Below, piece by piece: positions 1 through 12,684 of a stretch of DNA of 64,000 nt. The translations under genes and the position numbers were made by a program. Numbering within the stretch: the stretch's first letter is position 1; every line of letters begins with the position of its first letter. Location: positions 41,046,001 through 41,110,000 of the forward strand of contig CM097885.1 of the NCBI GenBank assembly GCA_044892525.1, read 5' to 3'. The DNA comes from Schmidtea polychroa (taxonomy: Eukaryota). The notes under the pieces are model-generated. The model ran no database searches. It was given only the letters and a program-made list of their open reading frames with translations, and was not told the origin of the DNA.

Positions 1-779
1 ACCACTAAAGTCTTGTTAATAACAACAATAATGCTACTAAATGTTTTGGGAACAAATGCAGGTCGATCTTTTCCAAAGTATGCAATAAAAAGGGTCCCAT
101 TATTTGCAAGATGTACTTGTGAAAGTTTATGTTTTCTTTATCAAACTTTATATATTTATGAATTGTGAAAAAATACTACTGTACTACTTCTAGTAGTGGA
201 ATACATTTTTTAAAACGCAATTAGTCAAATGTTCAATTTGCCTATGTTTAATTTAATGAATTTTGATGAATTTAATTTAATTTACTTGTACCTTAAGTTT
301 AATTAAATAAATAAATTTAAAAATAATTGTCAATTTTACCACTTTATTAATGAAACACCAAGCATTAAAAACGAATCCGAAGAATTAGAAGCATCCATAG
401 TGATAAGACAATCTTCTTCCCCGTAGGCATAGGCAATACATGTTGTAACAAAAAAGAATGGGTCTTTTAGTCTTAAACTCAAATACGATTCACGACACAT
501 ATAATGAATGACCTACATGGTTAAACTAAAATTGACCTACGTAAAACTTAATACTAAATACCTGTGAGTCCCAAAAATAAATAAAAACTGTAATAATAAC
601 ATCTTTCGCACTATCGAATACGTAAAAATGATTTTTGATTTACGAAATACAGTACAGTCATGTCTAGGCCACATCGATCAAGTGATCCTCAAATTATTTT
701 ATCAACATTCATCTTTCAGAGAAAGATCTAACTGATAGATTACATATTTTACGATATTTTGATCGCATGTTGTCTCCTT

Positions 780-1400
780 GTTATTTTACCTTCCGATTTA
801 ATTCATGATATTCACAACCCTGGTATACTCACTACTTGCACACTTCTCTACAACATATATTTTTCTATCATGCGGAAAGATGTCAAACAATAGTTTCAAG
901 AATACATTCTATGCCAACTGACCACATATCAAACCATCTATAATCATATTCCAGGAGGGTAATCGGCTTTAAAGTCTTTCATATTGACTTAGTTGATCCA
1001 ATTCTCACATCATGGGATTTACATTTTTATGATGACCAACAACAAAACCAGATGACCCGAAACAGTTACAACGTTGCGATTCATCTAATATCTACTTGAC
1101 CTTCCCGATGCGTTATAATCAAAGAACAAAGGCGAGATTTTCAGTTTTTTGTTTCAAAATTTGAATTCAAACAATTACACAAAATAACGTATTACCCTCA
1201 GACAAATGGCACGATATGACATTTTCAACGCTCCTTAGAAATTATTCTTAGATGCTTATCAATCACTTCCAGATTCTACTTGGTTAGCGAAAACAAACCC
1301 ATACAGGAACTTATACTTGACCTGCTCAGATACTATTGGGAAAGGTACTGCATTTCCAACGGAGATCTTTACTAAATCTACTGATATTCCATTTCCAAGC
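780..1400 (+). pseudogene. Highly degraded LTR-retrotransposon (Gypsy-like) integrase relic
   Basis: Hand translation gives IHDIHNPG (~801; integrase H-x-H-P-G-like) and KITYYPQTNGTI*HFQRSL (~1181-1240; rve motif TTxYHPQTNGxxERFxRSL), interrupted by stops and frameshifts. Boundaries approximate. Confidence 0.55.
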
Positions 1401-1535
1401 TTAGACTCCACTAGAAAACGCATTTTATAAACAAATACAAATCAGTCATTTAACCCCATTTCCTGTTGCAAAATTTATATGGAATTGGCCTTAGAATGTA
1501 AACTCGCCTGGGTTCAACCGTGCAACATTCATTAT

Positions 1536-1592
<57 letters not shown>
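1536..1592. repeat. (CA)n/(TA)n microsatellite
   Basis: Direct reading. Confidence 0.95.
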
Positions 1593-1596
<4 letters not shown>

Positions 1597-2691
1597 CGTT
1601 ATATTTTCAAAGGACCTATATAGGACCTATTTAACAAAAACCCTAACATAATTACAATATTATGAAATAATAAAACCATTACCTTCCATATAGAAAAGGT
1701 GAAACCCTGATACTTTTTCAGTGACATTGAACAAGAAATTAATACTAAAACATAAAAACCAAATTCCATTTTAGGAAACCCTACTTTCTATACTTTCTAC
1801 ACATCTATTTAAATTCTGTCAAAGTTAGATAATAAGATATTGAATTTGTTTGTTATTTAATTATTTTTATTATTTGTTTAATGAGGGAGGGGGCTATATT
1901 AAGTGCATTCAAGTATAATTAAATTTATGATAAAGTTAAATTTTATAAATACTAATATTATATTAAATTATCTATTTTTAAAAATTACATCAATTTATAT
2001 ATAATTAAATAACTATTTATAAAAAGAGAGAAATAGTTTGTTTTAATATACAAAATACCTCTTCCCAAAAAAGTGCATTAAAAAGAAAGAAGTGCAAGAA
2101 ACTAAAAAATTCCAAAAAATTGCAGTTCAATCAATCATGATATTCGTCATCAATCGGACCCCTAGAGAACTAAGAATCATTACAAGCGCTATATTTAAAA
2201 AAATTATTATAATAAAATTGGATTATATGAAGTTTTAATTTATGAGTTATTCAAAACTTCACAATTGCTTTGTAATAATAATACATATTAATACATGTTG
2301 GTAACCTTTATTAAAATGTTTGAGATATTATATGACACAAGATATCGTCTTAATAGATGTGATGTATTCAACACTTTGATCTCAATATATGGTTCTTACT
2401 TCTCCATATTGACTCTTTAAAGAGAGAAATAGAATGGCACAACTAATGAAAGTTGCATATTGAGTGCAGGTTATTGAATGGTAAAATAAATAATATTATA
2501 TGTTGTCAATATTATTTATTAAGTAATCAATCAAACTTTGTAGAAATGATATATTTTGACCCTTATGTATTTTTAGGAAAATTTATATTATCATATATTT
2601 TGCGAACTATGTTAGAAGATACAATACAACTATTTTCAGGCTTTCCTCAACCTCAAATATCCTCAATAAGCTTTGAAAAACGACTCCCTAT

Positions 2692-2926
2692 CAGTGGCGG
2701 AACTTCAATATTTGGGCCCTCGCGAAATATAAAATATTTCCACTAAATTTTTTGGTTAAAGTTTAATACATAGTTATTCACAGCAGCCGCTATTCAATGA
2801 TAGTTTTATGTTTGTAGGCAAATATAACTGCGGGAAAAAAGTTTCAGAAAATTATTGTAAATATTTTTGTAGTAAACTTTTGGGCCCCCGCCACGCAGCG
2901 TCCTGCGTCCACTAGTTACGCCACTG
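2692..2926. mobile_element. hAT-type MITE, 235 bp
   Basis: TIRs CAGTGGCGGAACT (2692) and AGTTACGCCACTG (ends 2926) match 12/13. Degenerate 8-bp TSD ctccctat (2684-2691) / ctctctag (2927-2934). No ORF. Confidence 0.75.
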
Positions 2927-3037
2927 CTCTCTAGTAGTCTTTGCTTTTATAATTATGCTTCCCCCAACCATATTGTTAATAAAGTATTAATGAATTCAAA
3001 TATTCTATATTTTTGCTTGAATAAATATCAATTGTAG

Positions 3038-3165
<128 letters not shown>

Positions 3166-3481
3166 ATTTATTCAATCAATTTTCATAGTCAAAGATTAAA
3201 CAAAATATTATGTTTATAATTTTATCCAATCATAAATTATTATTTATAGATTTGAGCTTTTCAAACTTAATTTCCAGTTTGAAATCCATCGAAATATAAA
3301 CAAAAATATTTTGATATATTCAATCTAATAATTTCATAACTTCATGTCAAATGAATAAATTTTATTTGAACGAATGAATTATTAAAACACTTTATTCCTA
3401 ACTAATTGATGCATATTAAGATATTTATTTCATCACTGATTTATTAGAAAATTATTAACGATTGATTTGTTTAAATGAATG

Positions 3482-3558
<77 letters not shown>

Positions 3559-3580
3559 ATGAATAAATAAATAAATAAAT
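3482..3580. repeat. (TAAC)n-(TAAA)n compound microsatellite
   Basis: Direct reading. Confidence 0.95.
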
Positions 3581-3637
3581 GTATTTATATAATTTTTTTA
3601 TTATAATTAACATAAATAAAAAATATAATAAATTCAG

Positions 3638-3858
3638 GTCTTTTAAGTTTACTTGTGTGTGGAGTTTGCGGAATTCAACAAATCCAGACCTGGAAAAATG
3701 TTGGACAGGAAGAGGCGTATGGGATAATAGTTTGTCTACATTTAACAATATTGGCACTTTTTGATGAAATAATCTACAAAGACAACATGGAAAAGAATAA
3801 ACTAGCTCTTAGTCAAATTTATGAATCAAAAGATGTCAATCATTTTAACGAGAACTAC
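3638..3858 (+). CDS. Probable upstream exon of host HECT gene (boundaries uncertain)
   Basis: ttcag acceptor at 3637, locally higher GC, open frame LLSLLVCGVCGIQQIQTWKNVGQEEAYG..., possible GT donor at 3859. Phase linkage to the neighbouring exons could not be resolved. Confidence 0.4.
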
Positions 3859-4340
3859 GTAAAAGCTACATTTTTACATATTTTTTTTACATATTAACAG
3901 CAATAAATTCTATAAAATAATTAAGAAATTTAATAATATAAACTCAGATAACAAGTTATTTACAAAACTCATGTCAATTCGGGAATTTATTTAAAAATTT
4001 AACATTTTCAGATCCAGTTCTATTGGCAGGTCTAGCAACTGTAATAGGTAATTGTCATCAAATATTCATTATTATGATGTGGGAAATATTTTCTAACAAT
4101 AGTAAAAAGAACATTCATAAATGATGAATTATTAACTGTACCAATACGGTCATATTTACAAATTATTAAACAAAAGAATTTTAACAACAAGAAAACACTT
4201 TGCCTTTTTTTGATTATGCTGATCAAAATTGTTCAGCATTTTATTTAGTCAGATGAAAATGTTTGTAATATATAGAGGAAATGATATTATTTCTTTAATA
4301 TTAATAAATTAAGTTTATTAAATTAAATTTTTTATTATTA

Positions 4341-4342
<2 letters not shown>

Positions 4343-4414
<72 letters not shown>
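4343..4414. repeat. (ATT)n microsatellite
   Basis: Direct reading. Confidence 0.95.
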
Positions 4415-4418
4415 TTAG

Positions 4419-4579
4419 AAATTTATTTTATCAGAAATAAGAGAATGTATTTCTCAAAATATCAATCAAGTTTTAAAAATTGCATTTGCGGGTCTTTTAG
4501 ATCCAGATGTTGTTTTACCATTGGCGTACTTATATCAAAATCTTTCAAAAGATCTTAAGCTTTCAAAGAGCACTATAAT
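4419..4579 (+). CDS. Host HECT E3 ligase exon
   Basis: tttag acceptor, open frame KFILSEIRECISQNINQVLKIAFAGLLDPDVVLPLAYLYQNLSKDLKLSKSTI, gtaag donor in phase 2 matching the exon at 11746. Alternative acceptor at 4434 is possible. Confidence 0.6.
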
Positions 4580-6049
4580 GTAAGCCTAATGTTTATCTAA
4601 TATTATAATTTTGTCTAATAAAAGAATTAAATTTCCATTTTTAAACAAAATAACCAACTTTATTCGGAAAGACTGGTAACGGTAAATGAAAATTGATTTT
4701 AAAGGATATAAATGATAGATGTCATTTTGTTATTTTTTGGTATTTATTGTTATCTTTTTTAACACGCTCAATAAAAAGAAAGTATGTATTTTGAATTGGG
4801 TTTTTTATATTTGTCACAAAGAGAATTTAATTCCAGACTAATCATGAATTTATTTGAATTTATTTATTTTATAGAAGTCACAAATATACTACATTCAATT
4901 ATTATTAATCATTAATTACAAATAAATAAATATTTAGCACTGAAATATTTCTAAATCAAAGGGCTTAGAATAAGGAAGCCCGGAAAAAGTTTACATTTTT
5001 AGATATTAAATTAAATTTTGATGAAACCTAATTTTTAATTTTTGTCGTAATGTTAAATTAGTAAGATTGAAAATAATTGCTAACCGTTAAATTTCATTTC
5101 CTAACTCCTTTAATTTAAATTTAAATTTAAAAATTTAATTTGCCTAACAAAAAAAACAATAAAAGTATTTGAGTGTTTAAATTGCAAAAATTAAATTTCT
5201 TTTTTAATATTTCAACATAAAATTAACATATTTTGATGTTTAAAAGTTAGGGGCTTCCAATTTCTGAGATTTTCTGAAAGAGCTTATAAATATGTGTGTG
5301 AGACTTTATATTTATCTTAAAATTATTAAATAAATTAAAAGAATGATTTATTACAAATAGAAAATATTTAAGAAAATTGCTTTAAATAATTCTCAATCAT
5401 TTTCATATATAACAAAATTTGCTATGATTGAAGCAGTATATTATAACAAAAATTGAAATTTATAGTTCCATAAGAGTTTTTATTTTGTTCCTTGAATATA
5501 TATAACTATATCATTTTCACAAATACCAATTCATAATTTATATATCTTCTTGAAACGAATATTAAAATTATTAAAGATTACATTACCTATGGAAAAAAGA
5601 TAAAAATTATTCTGTAATATAAAGATTAACAAAATCAGTCGGTTTATGTCTAGTTCAAAGATTTTCTTCATTTAAACACAAAAGAAAACATAAATTTTCT
5701 TTCATGTCAAAACATTCATCAACGTTTTATTTATTTTTCATAAAATTTACTCAAACATTTTTGCAAATAAATGAAGCAAATTATTAGCATTATTTGGTTT
5801 GTTAATAAAAATGTATTGAAATTTGTAAAATCACAATTAGAATTGAAATGGTAACATCAAATTATCCATAATTTTAAAGATATTTTTTAAATAAATAAAT
5901 TTCCGTAAAAACAGTAAATATTTCAAAAAATTAGTTAATTTAAAAAAATAGTAATTAATTTTTGTTCATTTGTTTGCTAATAAAGGACACCAATTAAAAC
6001 AATTTAAATAATTGTGAATATTAAAATAATATTAATTGTACTTAAATAA

Positions 6050-6600
6050 ACACGGTAAAGACTTTATTAATAAAAATCGCCATTCGTACATCTTTTTCAC
6101 CATATATTTCGATAGCATCACTATCATCATCAGGTTACCTGCATTCACGACGGATGAATAACTATACAATATTGATAATTTATAAACAAATTATAAAACC
6201 TATAAATTTTTAAATTATAAATAACAATTTTAAATAATTATTTTCAAAAATAATTTTCAACAAAAAACAATTATTTTAAACTTTTAAAACTCTTTAACAA
6301 ATATTATTTTAATTATTTTTTAAATTATTAAACATAACTATTATTCAATATACATCTACATACAAAAACTTAATTAAATGCATTCAACACACACGTTTTC
6401 ACTGCATTCCGCACATTCATTGTCGACTGAAGGGAGTGTCCAATATTAAGGACCACAATAAAGTCTGTATGAGAGAATTAGGAATGTCGGATTTTAAAAT
6501 CTTATCAAAAAAGTTTGATACTTGTTTTGAGCGTGTGATATGTTATTATTGATAAGAACTTTTAATCCTAAAATCAATGTACAGAATGCAGTGAATACTT
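6050..6600. mobile_element. Penelope-like 3' end / pseudo-LTR fragments in inverted arrangement
   Basis: 6485-6600 (+) and 6330-6420 (-) both match the 3' end of the Penelope copy at 46150-46300 (aatgtgcagaatgcagtgaatac). 6050-6140 (-) matches its hammerhead-bearing tail at 46555-46645. Confidence 0.75.
6098..6136 (-). ncRNA. Degenerate minimal type I hammerhead ribozyme (Penelope-associated)
   Basis: Minus strand AAC-CTGATGA-T-GATAG-tgatg-CTATC-GAAA-TAT-ATG-GTG. Core and 5-bp stem II are intact, but the cleavage triplet is AUG and stem I is mismatched. Confidence 0.7.
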
Positions 6601-9078
6601 TTATTACTCTCAAAATCACAGGCTTGGATTTGAAAGACGCGTGCGTCTCGCACAGACATTTGCATGTGGGAATATCAAGGGATATCAAACCCTTCATCAT
6701 TGTTCATCATCGCCGATGATCAACAAGAAACTAAAAATATTGTATATTGCAAGTATTGAAACAAATTTGTATTAACCAGATATATAAAATTAGTTATAAT
6801 GAATAAAGAATGAATTTGAATCTACTCCAGACGAAATCCGGTAATGAAGAGATTGAAGTAATAAAATGATACATAATTTTTTTCAATTTCATCGATATTT
6901 CTAACTAAAATATTAAACAATGTTAAATAATTAAAGTTATTTATTTGGAATTTTGTCTAAAAGTCATTATTTTTAAATTATCGTTATTTTTCCATTTACC
7001 AGTGAAGCAGACAAATAATAATAATACAAATTATTTTGCTATTTTTTTTAATATAATAGTTATTGAATTAAATGTTCAATATTTTTTATTTTGTATTATC
7101 TTTTTTTATTTTTATATTTCATTGTAAATATTATATTTTTAAAAATACTTTTCGAGTTGGACTTTATCATATTTCTTTTCAAAATTGAATTTCATATCAA
7201 GTGTAATTCAATCTATGTAAATATTGAGTTTATTTAATATTTTGTCCTCGGGAACAGAAATCCTTTTCCAATCTAACAAGACTCTTAGCCAATGGTTTCA
7301 TCATTCATGATGAATATCCTTTTCCATTTGCTTTTGTTGATAGACAAAATATGCTTCTAATTATTTTTTAAAGTTCACTTTTAACTTTCTTAAAGAATTT
7401 TAATTTTTAAAATTTTATATATATCCATCAAGCTAATTTTTTAATGTTTCAAGAATCTTTCCTAACTAAAACATGTTAATAATAAATAACCATATTTTCT
7501 CAGTAGCGGTTGGAAAGATTAGGACATTAAAAAACTTATTTTATAATCCAAAACTCTCTATAAAAACTGCATCAAAAACTTGCATTTGTTAATCATTTTA
7601 TATATTTCCTTTATATATGTCCAAGAAAACAATAAATTAAATAATATCAAAACAAAGTAATATGTTATTTCAGTTTGCATATTTAATATAAAATAAACAT
7701 TAAAATTGTGTTTAGCCACCACGCGCTGGCAATTAATTAATACGCCTATTTGTCAAACTCATACAAAACAATTGGAAACGAGTTGGCATTTAATTTAACT
7801 TGCATTTATAAGTTAGGCTCTATACAATATATAACTTGTTGATAAGCTGTCAAATTAGTAAAGGTCACAAGACGTGTGATGGACGTCATATAAACATGTG
7901 GTACAGATAGTAATAGACTTACCTAACACATCATACCACTGCAAGCCGTTAATTAGGATAATATCAAAATTTATACCAATAATACGCATATATAAAAGTT
8001 AAAAGACATTATCGATGATATAAAATCAACATTTTAAATAAGTAAATTTTTCAAATTAAATAAAACTCAAAAGACATCTGTAGATAGATAGGGCACCGCT
8101 AGATCAGGACTCCACCGGATCACATACCCCCCCCCTAGGGGAAATTTTTTAAATTCTTTTCAATGTGCACTCCAGATTCAGATACCACCCCCGTATTTTT
8201 TAAATTTTTTTAAAAAGAACCCCCCTACTTTTTTAATTTTTAAAATACCCCCCCACTTTTTTAATTTTTGTTTTAATTATCGATTATGTAATAATTTTAA
8301 TTTTATTTAAATCATTGATTATGTCATAAATTTTTATTTTTTATAAGAATTTTTTATGTCAATATACTTGAAATTTAATTCTCTATTAAATGAGACTATG
8401 ATGTAATCAAAATTCTGAAATTTCATTTTTAGTACACCATTTTTGGATTTACACATCTTTTTAAACAAATCTTTCTCATTCATTCATTCATCTTTATTGG
8501 AATATTTACAAACCAACATGTTTTAGTTACAAAAATAGTTATCAATAAATCGAGTAAGGGTAGGAAATTATTTAGAATCAATAAGTAACACACATACCTT
8601 AGTGTAATAAATGCTAATACATATTACAATAAACATACTCACATGCGTATACATATATTAAAAACGCACATATTAGCATTATTATTCAATACATACAAGT
8701 CATAGAGGTCAATCACATACTAACCAACCAAAATCATGCATTGATATTGCATCTTTATTTCATATGAGTAATTTCAAAACTGTAAAATCCATTACATCAC
8801 TAAATAATCTTCTATTACAGTATTTTAAACTATATTCAATCACTAATTATTATAAAATAATAAATTATTTCGGTTAATGGTTACAAATTTAATAAAAATA
8901 TTACAATAAATCAAACAACATAACGAAATCTTTCAATAAATTACAATAATGTTATAAAGTATTCATTAAGTTCCATTAAAGTGGAAAATTATTTCAGTGA
9001 ATGGCAGCAATTTAATAAATAATTTACACTAAATTACCACAAATTATGAAACATTTCATCAAATTGCAACAAAGTAAT

Positions 9079-9187
<109 letters not shown>

Positions 9188-10033
9188 CAATGAAAATATG
9201 CGTTTTATTAGGGTTAGTAAATAAAATAAAACTTCTCACATGTAAACCCTCATACTATTTTTATAAATATAAATAATTATTTAAACATTAAAATCAAGAC
9301 AAAAAAGGACAAGGCAAAGTTTATGCATTTAGTATTGCCAGGCCTAATGAGCAGTGACCAAATATCTATGCCTGAAAGACACGGTGGATATTTGTTCGCG
9401 TCCACAAGGGTCGTCTGTGCCTCCCCCAAGTGGGGTCAGAAGAACCTGGGCATTATAGTTTTCCGTACGGAACATTACGCCTAGCATGAGTAGTCAACTA
9501 CCAGCACATTCGAAACGTATAAAAATACATTTCAAAATACATGCGTCATTGGCACTATAACCAAATTAATTAATGTTTTCACTAACAACAATATATATTT
9601 ACAGAGGCCTCCCACTAGTTGGATTACAACCGCCCACCACGACGATCAGCTTGTAAATACATATTAATTAAGGGATAAAGATGACTCACCCAACCCTATT
9701 ATATTTCATTTACAAGGGTTTCTCACTCTTCTGAATTTAGTCTGTAATCTATCACAAAATTAATCTCTCCATCGAGCCATTTGATCATCATTTCATGGAA
9801 TACAACTTGCAAATTGGACGTATTTCTTTGCTTAGTGACTCTGATGCGGTGTCAACTCTCATTGCTAAAATTTGTATTGATTTAAATGCAATTAACTTAC
9901 ATTATATAACATTTTATCGTCAGATGCTTGATAAATTAAATTCTGCCTGACTATTAGGCAACTATTATTTGTGGTATATTTTTTCAATATCATTTATTAT
10001 CAATTCCCATCATAAAATACAGATAACTAAATA

Positions 10034-10153
<120 letters not shown>

Positions 10154-10349
10154 AAGAATTAATTCATGTCTTACATTAATAATAATCTTTCATATTCTTC
10201 AGGTATGACGAGTACTTTACAATATCTAATTGCTAAAACATCGTTTTTCCCATTTTTCTTGACATTCGTTGAAAGAAAGTTTACGTAATTTAAGTCTGAT
10301 AAGTAAACATTCATGTTGAAGGGCACCCACAATCATCTAATTCATTTAA

Positions 10350-10524
10350 GAAATCTCTAAATCCAGAACTATAACTTCCTTTAGTGTTTCACCATTTTGT
10401 CTGGTTCATCTTCCTCATAATCTAATAATTCAGGTTTTAATATGAAATCTCTAAATCCAGAACATAACTCCTTTGGTGTTTCACCATTTTGTCCGGTTCA
10501 TCTTCTTCATAATCCAATAATTCA
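10350..10524 (-). repeat. Tandem duplication of a ~95-bp decayed coding fragment
   Basis: gaaatctctaaatccagaac...caccattttgtc...cataatc(t/c)aataattca occurs twice. The minus strand reads ELLDYEEDEPDKMVKH in each copy. Confidence 0.75.
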
Positions 10525-11745
10525 TTTTCTTCATTACTAAGAAAAACAATTAAAATATTGTAGTAAATTCTTTATTTACTTACTTGAATAATATGGATAC
10601 TAAAACGAAAGAAATAAAGTTATATCAGAAGTATATTTAAATAATTTAAATTTAGTTATTTGAACATATTTAAACAATTTAGTTATTTAAGCATATTTAA
10701 ACATTAATATTATTATATAGTATAATTTAATATAATTTTATGTATTCTAAATTTATTAATAAATATAGTATAATTTTATATAATAAAAAAATTTAAAATG
10801 ATTAAAAAATTAAATTATTACGTTATCGAACAATAAAACAAAAATAAAAATTATGACGTAATCGATAATTATAACAAAAATTTAAATTTAAAAAAAAAGT
10901 GGGGGGGGGTATCTGAATTGAAAAGTATCTGCACATTGAAAAGAATTTAAAAAATTTCCCCTAAGGGGGAGAGGGGTGGGGGTATGTGATCCAATGGAGT
11001 CCTGATCTAGCGGTGCCCTATCTATCTACTGACATTAAAACGATGATTTAAATATAAAACCACCCGAGAAATTAATTAAATTAAAATTTAATAAATATTT
11101 TTAACTTTATCATTCAAATTTAATTAAACTAATGAACATGAATTATAAAAATATTTTTAATAAAATATCTTTTTTAATTAAAAAATAATTGTTTGATCTG
11201 TATCTTGAAATCAATCTAAATTTCTTTAAATAATTTTGTAGTGAAAAATATAGTTATTACAACATAATAAAAGTATTATTGAAGCTTATTAAAATTTAAC
11301 GTAGAGAGCATTAGAATTATTGTAATAAAAACGAGTATAACATAAATGATCAATTAAACTTTATTAAAACAAATAATTTTATTTTAAATCCCTCAGTGCT
11401 AAATCCGATTGGGTATTAAAGATATGAAAAAAATGGAATTAAATAAAAACTATATTATAAAATTTAAAACAAAATCAATATATAAATAAACGTATTCGTC
11501 CATGAAAATAATTATCGATCACAAAAAGAATTATTTGAAATCAAAACTTTTGAGATTAAATGTAGACATTGAAAATCAATATTTATTTGCAATTTTATCA
11601 TAATTTAAAAACAAATTTTAAAAACAAAACTGAAAACGAATGAATTTTCTACGAATTGTCAACCATTTTAAGATGATAAATCTCCATATATTAAAACAAA
11701 AAAAATATGTAATGTAAAATATGTAATTAAACTTTTATTCCTTAG

Positions 11746-11943
11746 AGGATGCCGAATGATTCTTAGCAAGAATGTCGCTTTTATGAGATATTTGTGGAGT
11801 TTATGTCAACAGGCGGTAACAAGTCGTGAAATTAGTTTCTCATCTGGTTCTGTAGAGCGTCGCACATCAGATTTTGTGGAAAAATCAATAATTTTCAAAG
11901 TGATATCCGATGGTCGACTGATATCAATTGAAGATTTGCACAG
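11746..11943 (+). CDS. Host HECT E3 ligase exon
   Basis: cttag acceptor, frame GCRMILSKNVAFMRYLWSLCQQ...IEDLH, AG|gt donor in phase 2 matching the exon at 30846. Confidence 0.7.
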
Positions 11944-12276
11944 GTTTTAATTTTTATAATTAAAATTTAATTAAAAAATATAAAAAATATCAATCAATTA
12001 TTTTGTAGAGATAAAAAAATAATATGATAATGATGATAGAATATTTAAATTTTAAAAATAAAATAAAATATTATTATTATTATTGACATATCGAAAACAA
12101 ATTTCCTGGATTTCTTAATATCTTTTCTGGCTGTGTTGATTAGTCTCCGAGATCTCCTGATTTGACGGCTGCAGAAGGATTACATTCACACAAAGATAGT
12201 CAAAATATTCACCACTTTATGTGAAAGAGTTTTGGAAAAGAAAATGAAAAATCTGAAATATTTTTCAAACGACGCC

Positions 12277-12611
12277 AGTAGTGAGGAATCTATGCACCCC
12301 AGCACCCCCACCCTCAAAAAAAAAACAGCGCTATTGACCCATATTTTCCACATTTATATGCTTTTTTACCCCATATTCTTCACTTTTTTTAACTTTTAAA
12401 CTTTGTCCCCTATTGCCATTAACCCTTAATTTCTTCCCTTAAAAGTAAAAAAGTTCGGAATAGATGTATTTATAGATTAGTAATTCCGAGAAAAGGTAAC
12501 GGGGTGCATAGATTCCTCACTACTTGGTCTTAAGGATTTAATGTTATAAGGATTTAATGTTATAAGAATATCAGATTACCTAATTCATAATGATCTAGGT
12601 CGCCTGATCAC
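12277..12611 (+). repeat. Polinton left TIR (335 bp)
   Basis: Reverse complement of 27186-27518, apart from two single-base indels in or next to homopolymer runs. Confidence 0.97.
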
Positions 12612-12684
12612 TTTTAGATTTAAAAAAAATAAAAATTAATATCAAAACCAAAACATCGTATCCAACCAAAAAATTCTTTTAAAA

